Of a stretch of 64,000 nucleotides of DNA, positions 62,387 to 64,000 are shown piece after piece. Every line of letters begins with the position of its first letter. Positions within the stretch are counted from its first letter, which is position 1. Location of the stretch: the IMG/VR virus record IMGVR_UViG_3300014039_000028, positions 1 through 64,000 of that record; one strand, 5' to 3'. Under the pieces are notes generated by a model. That model was not told the DNA's origin. It saw only the letters and a list, made by a program, of their open reading frames with translations, and ran no database searches. The stretch comes from a virus (Duplodnaviria > Caudoviricetes). Made by a program: the position numbers and the translations under genes.

Positions 62387-63600
62387 TCCGGACTTTTTTT
62401 GTTTTTGCGAAATGCGTCAATAAGTTCAGAATCTGAGAGAAGATCATCCTCGTCGACGTCGGTATAAATGTTGGCTGTAAGCGCCATATCTGAATGTCCC
62501 ATGTACCGTTGGGCATCCCTAAGTTTGACCCCGGCTTTCTTCAAATCGGTGCAGTAGGTATGTCTTAGATCGTAAAGCACAAGGTCATCGGCTATGCGAT
62601 GTCCATTTCTCGGCTGCGTTGGGTTGTCCGGATCCGGGTACATTGGTGTGCCATCAGGCAGCAGATCGGACGGATCATATATATGTCCCTTTGCAGTATA
62701 CTCCGCTCCGAGAGCAATGTCCATATCACGTTTAAGATTTTCCCACCACCTGCGTATACAGGTTTCTGTGACCATCGTTTTTCCGTCTCGCTGGGTAAAC
62801 AGAAAATCTGTGGAAGATTTCTCTGCAACGGCCTTTTTCAGCTCATCGGCCAAATCGAGCGGGATGGGTATTTGCCGAAGTCCTGCATGAGATTTTGGGC
62901 CTCCACCGAGGGCTTTTGTTCCCGACTCAACACTGTCGCGAACAGTAAGAACCCTTTTCGTTAAATCGAGGTCAGCAACTGTCAGAGCGGAACATTCGTT
63001 AGGGCGCACACCGGTTCCGATAAGAAACTTTGCCCACAGTCCATGTTTATTGCGTTCCACTACGATGTCGAATGCGTCTCTCTCTGCAGCTGTCAGCGCT
63101 CTCCTACGCCCTTTTTCAGCGGCGGGCAATTCCAGTTTCAAAGACGGGTCAAAGATAATCACGCGCGAGGCTACTGCCTGTGAGAACATTGCTTTAATGA
63201 CTATGCGCAGCTTTGAAACATGAGAAAAGGATTTTGTGGCTTCCCGGTTCAGTATATTTCGCAGGTGCGTGTCTGTTACCGCCTCAAGCTTTTTTCTGCC
63301 TATTGCGGGTATGATAATGTTATTTATCATCCGCTCATACATACTGTACGATTTCTCGGTCATAGTATTGCGGCGTTTGGCCGTGCCCGGTTTACGCACT
63401 TTCGGCTTAACGTATGTGTCAAGCCAAGTCTGTGCCCAGTCCGCAACTGTGGGATTAACGAGTGCCTTTTCCTTGTTCTCCAGTTCTGCAAGTTTCAGGG
63501 CTATTTTTTCCTTGCAGTCCGCCTCATCTCTACCCTTGACGTAGTAGCGCTGCCCCATATATGTAAAACTTGCCGACTTCCGTGCAGGAGATTTTGTCAT
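62314..63600 (-). CDS. int: phage integrase (tyrosine recombinase)
   Basis: TGVRPNE, PKS.AG.R, YDLRHTY, YMGHSD..LT.NIYT; adjacent att site. Confidence 0.9.
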   Translation of the reverse strand: MTKSPARKSASFTYMGQRYYVKGRDEADCKEKIALKLAELENKEKALVNPTVADWAQTWLDTYVKPKVRKPGTAKRRNTMTEKSYSMYERMINNIIIPAIGRKKLEAVTDTHLRNILNREATKSFSHVSKLRIVIKAMFSQAVASRVIIFDPSLKLELPAAEKGRRRALTAAERDAFDIVVERNKHGLWAKFLIGTGVRPNECSALTVADLDLTKRVLTVRDSVESGTKALGGGPKSHAGLRQIPIPLDLADELKKAVAEKSSTDFLFTQRDGKTMVTETCIRRWWENLKRDMDIALGAEYTAKGHIYDPSDLLPDGTPMYPDPDNPTQPRNGHRIADDLVLYDLRHTYCTDLKKAGVKLRDAQRYMGHSDMALTANIYTDVDEDDLLSDSELIDAFRKNKKSPDVDKNVDKIISSSGNHWHEAVIDS

Positions 63601-63622
63601 TTCCTCTCTCCCCTTTTAATCA

Positions 63623-64000
63623 TTAACCTTTGCGCCATGCTCTTATCTCGCGCAAGGCTATCCATGCGATCGCACCTATCCCGATGATAAAGACGAGAAG
63701 GAGCACCGCGGCAAATATACTGAGCTGTCCAAAGAGGATAAGCCCCTTGTCGTTCAGATTAAAGTCCATAACGAGGTAGTAACCCAACGAGACTTCGAGT
63801 ATTCCCGCCAAGAAAAGCAAAATATAGATAATCGGTTTTCTGGACGTAAGTTCCTTAGTCACACGCGCATTTTCTCTCATCAGACCGTCGTTGATAGCGT
63901 TCAAGCGGTTTACCTCGCCTTGAAGTCGAACATTTTCCAGTTCCAGTTCGTGAACACGGTCACGCTGATCTGAGAGCTGCTCGCTGCCATTGGCAAGTCT
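63623..64000 (-). CDS. membrane protein with coiled coil and two TM helices, 5' end outside the window
   Basis: frame stays open to the window edge; two hydrophobic segments. Confidence 0.6.
   Translation of the reverse strand, partial: RLANGSEQLSDQRDRVHELELENVRLQGEVNRLNAINDGLMRENARVTKELTSRKPIIYILLFLAGILEVSLGYYLVMDFNLNDKGLILFGQLSIFAAVLLLVFIIGIGAIAWIALREIRAWRKG

Overview
The whole window is one temperate tailed phage (siphovirus-like gene set). Consensus sigma70/A promoters and GGAGG ribosome-binding sites suggest a Clostridia/Bacillota host (inference). Layout: (1) 0.1-28.1 kb, + strand packaging, head, tail and lysis genes; (2) 28.2-39.3 kb, mostly - strand: a second tyrosine recombinase, several antirepressor modules and an island with two toxin-antitoxin systems; (3) 39.3-46.6 kb, a mosaic of tiny independently promoted genes plus about 1.3 kb of skewed non-coding DNA; (4) 46.6-57.5 kb, a - strand operon of small genes and three DNA methyltransferases; (5) 57.7-62 kb, a + strand block (sigma factor, radical-SAM/Rha chimera, GT2, BRO); (6) an attP-like site (3' half of tRNA-Thr with arm-type repeats on both sides) and the integrase. 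Core replication genes are not in the window. The best finding is the circularly permuted C5 methyltransferase (55247-57511). Its frame stays open across two further same-strand genes in the other two frames: a Myb-like-repeat HNH endonuclease and an M.EcoHK31I-beta-like peptide. All family calls come from motifs recognised by eye; no database search was run.
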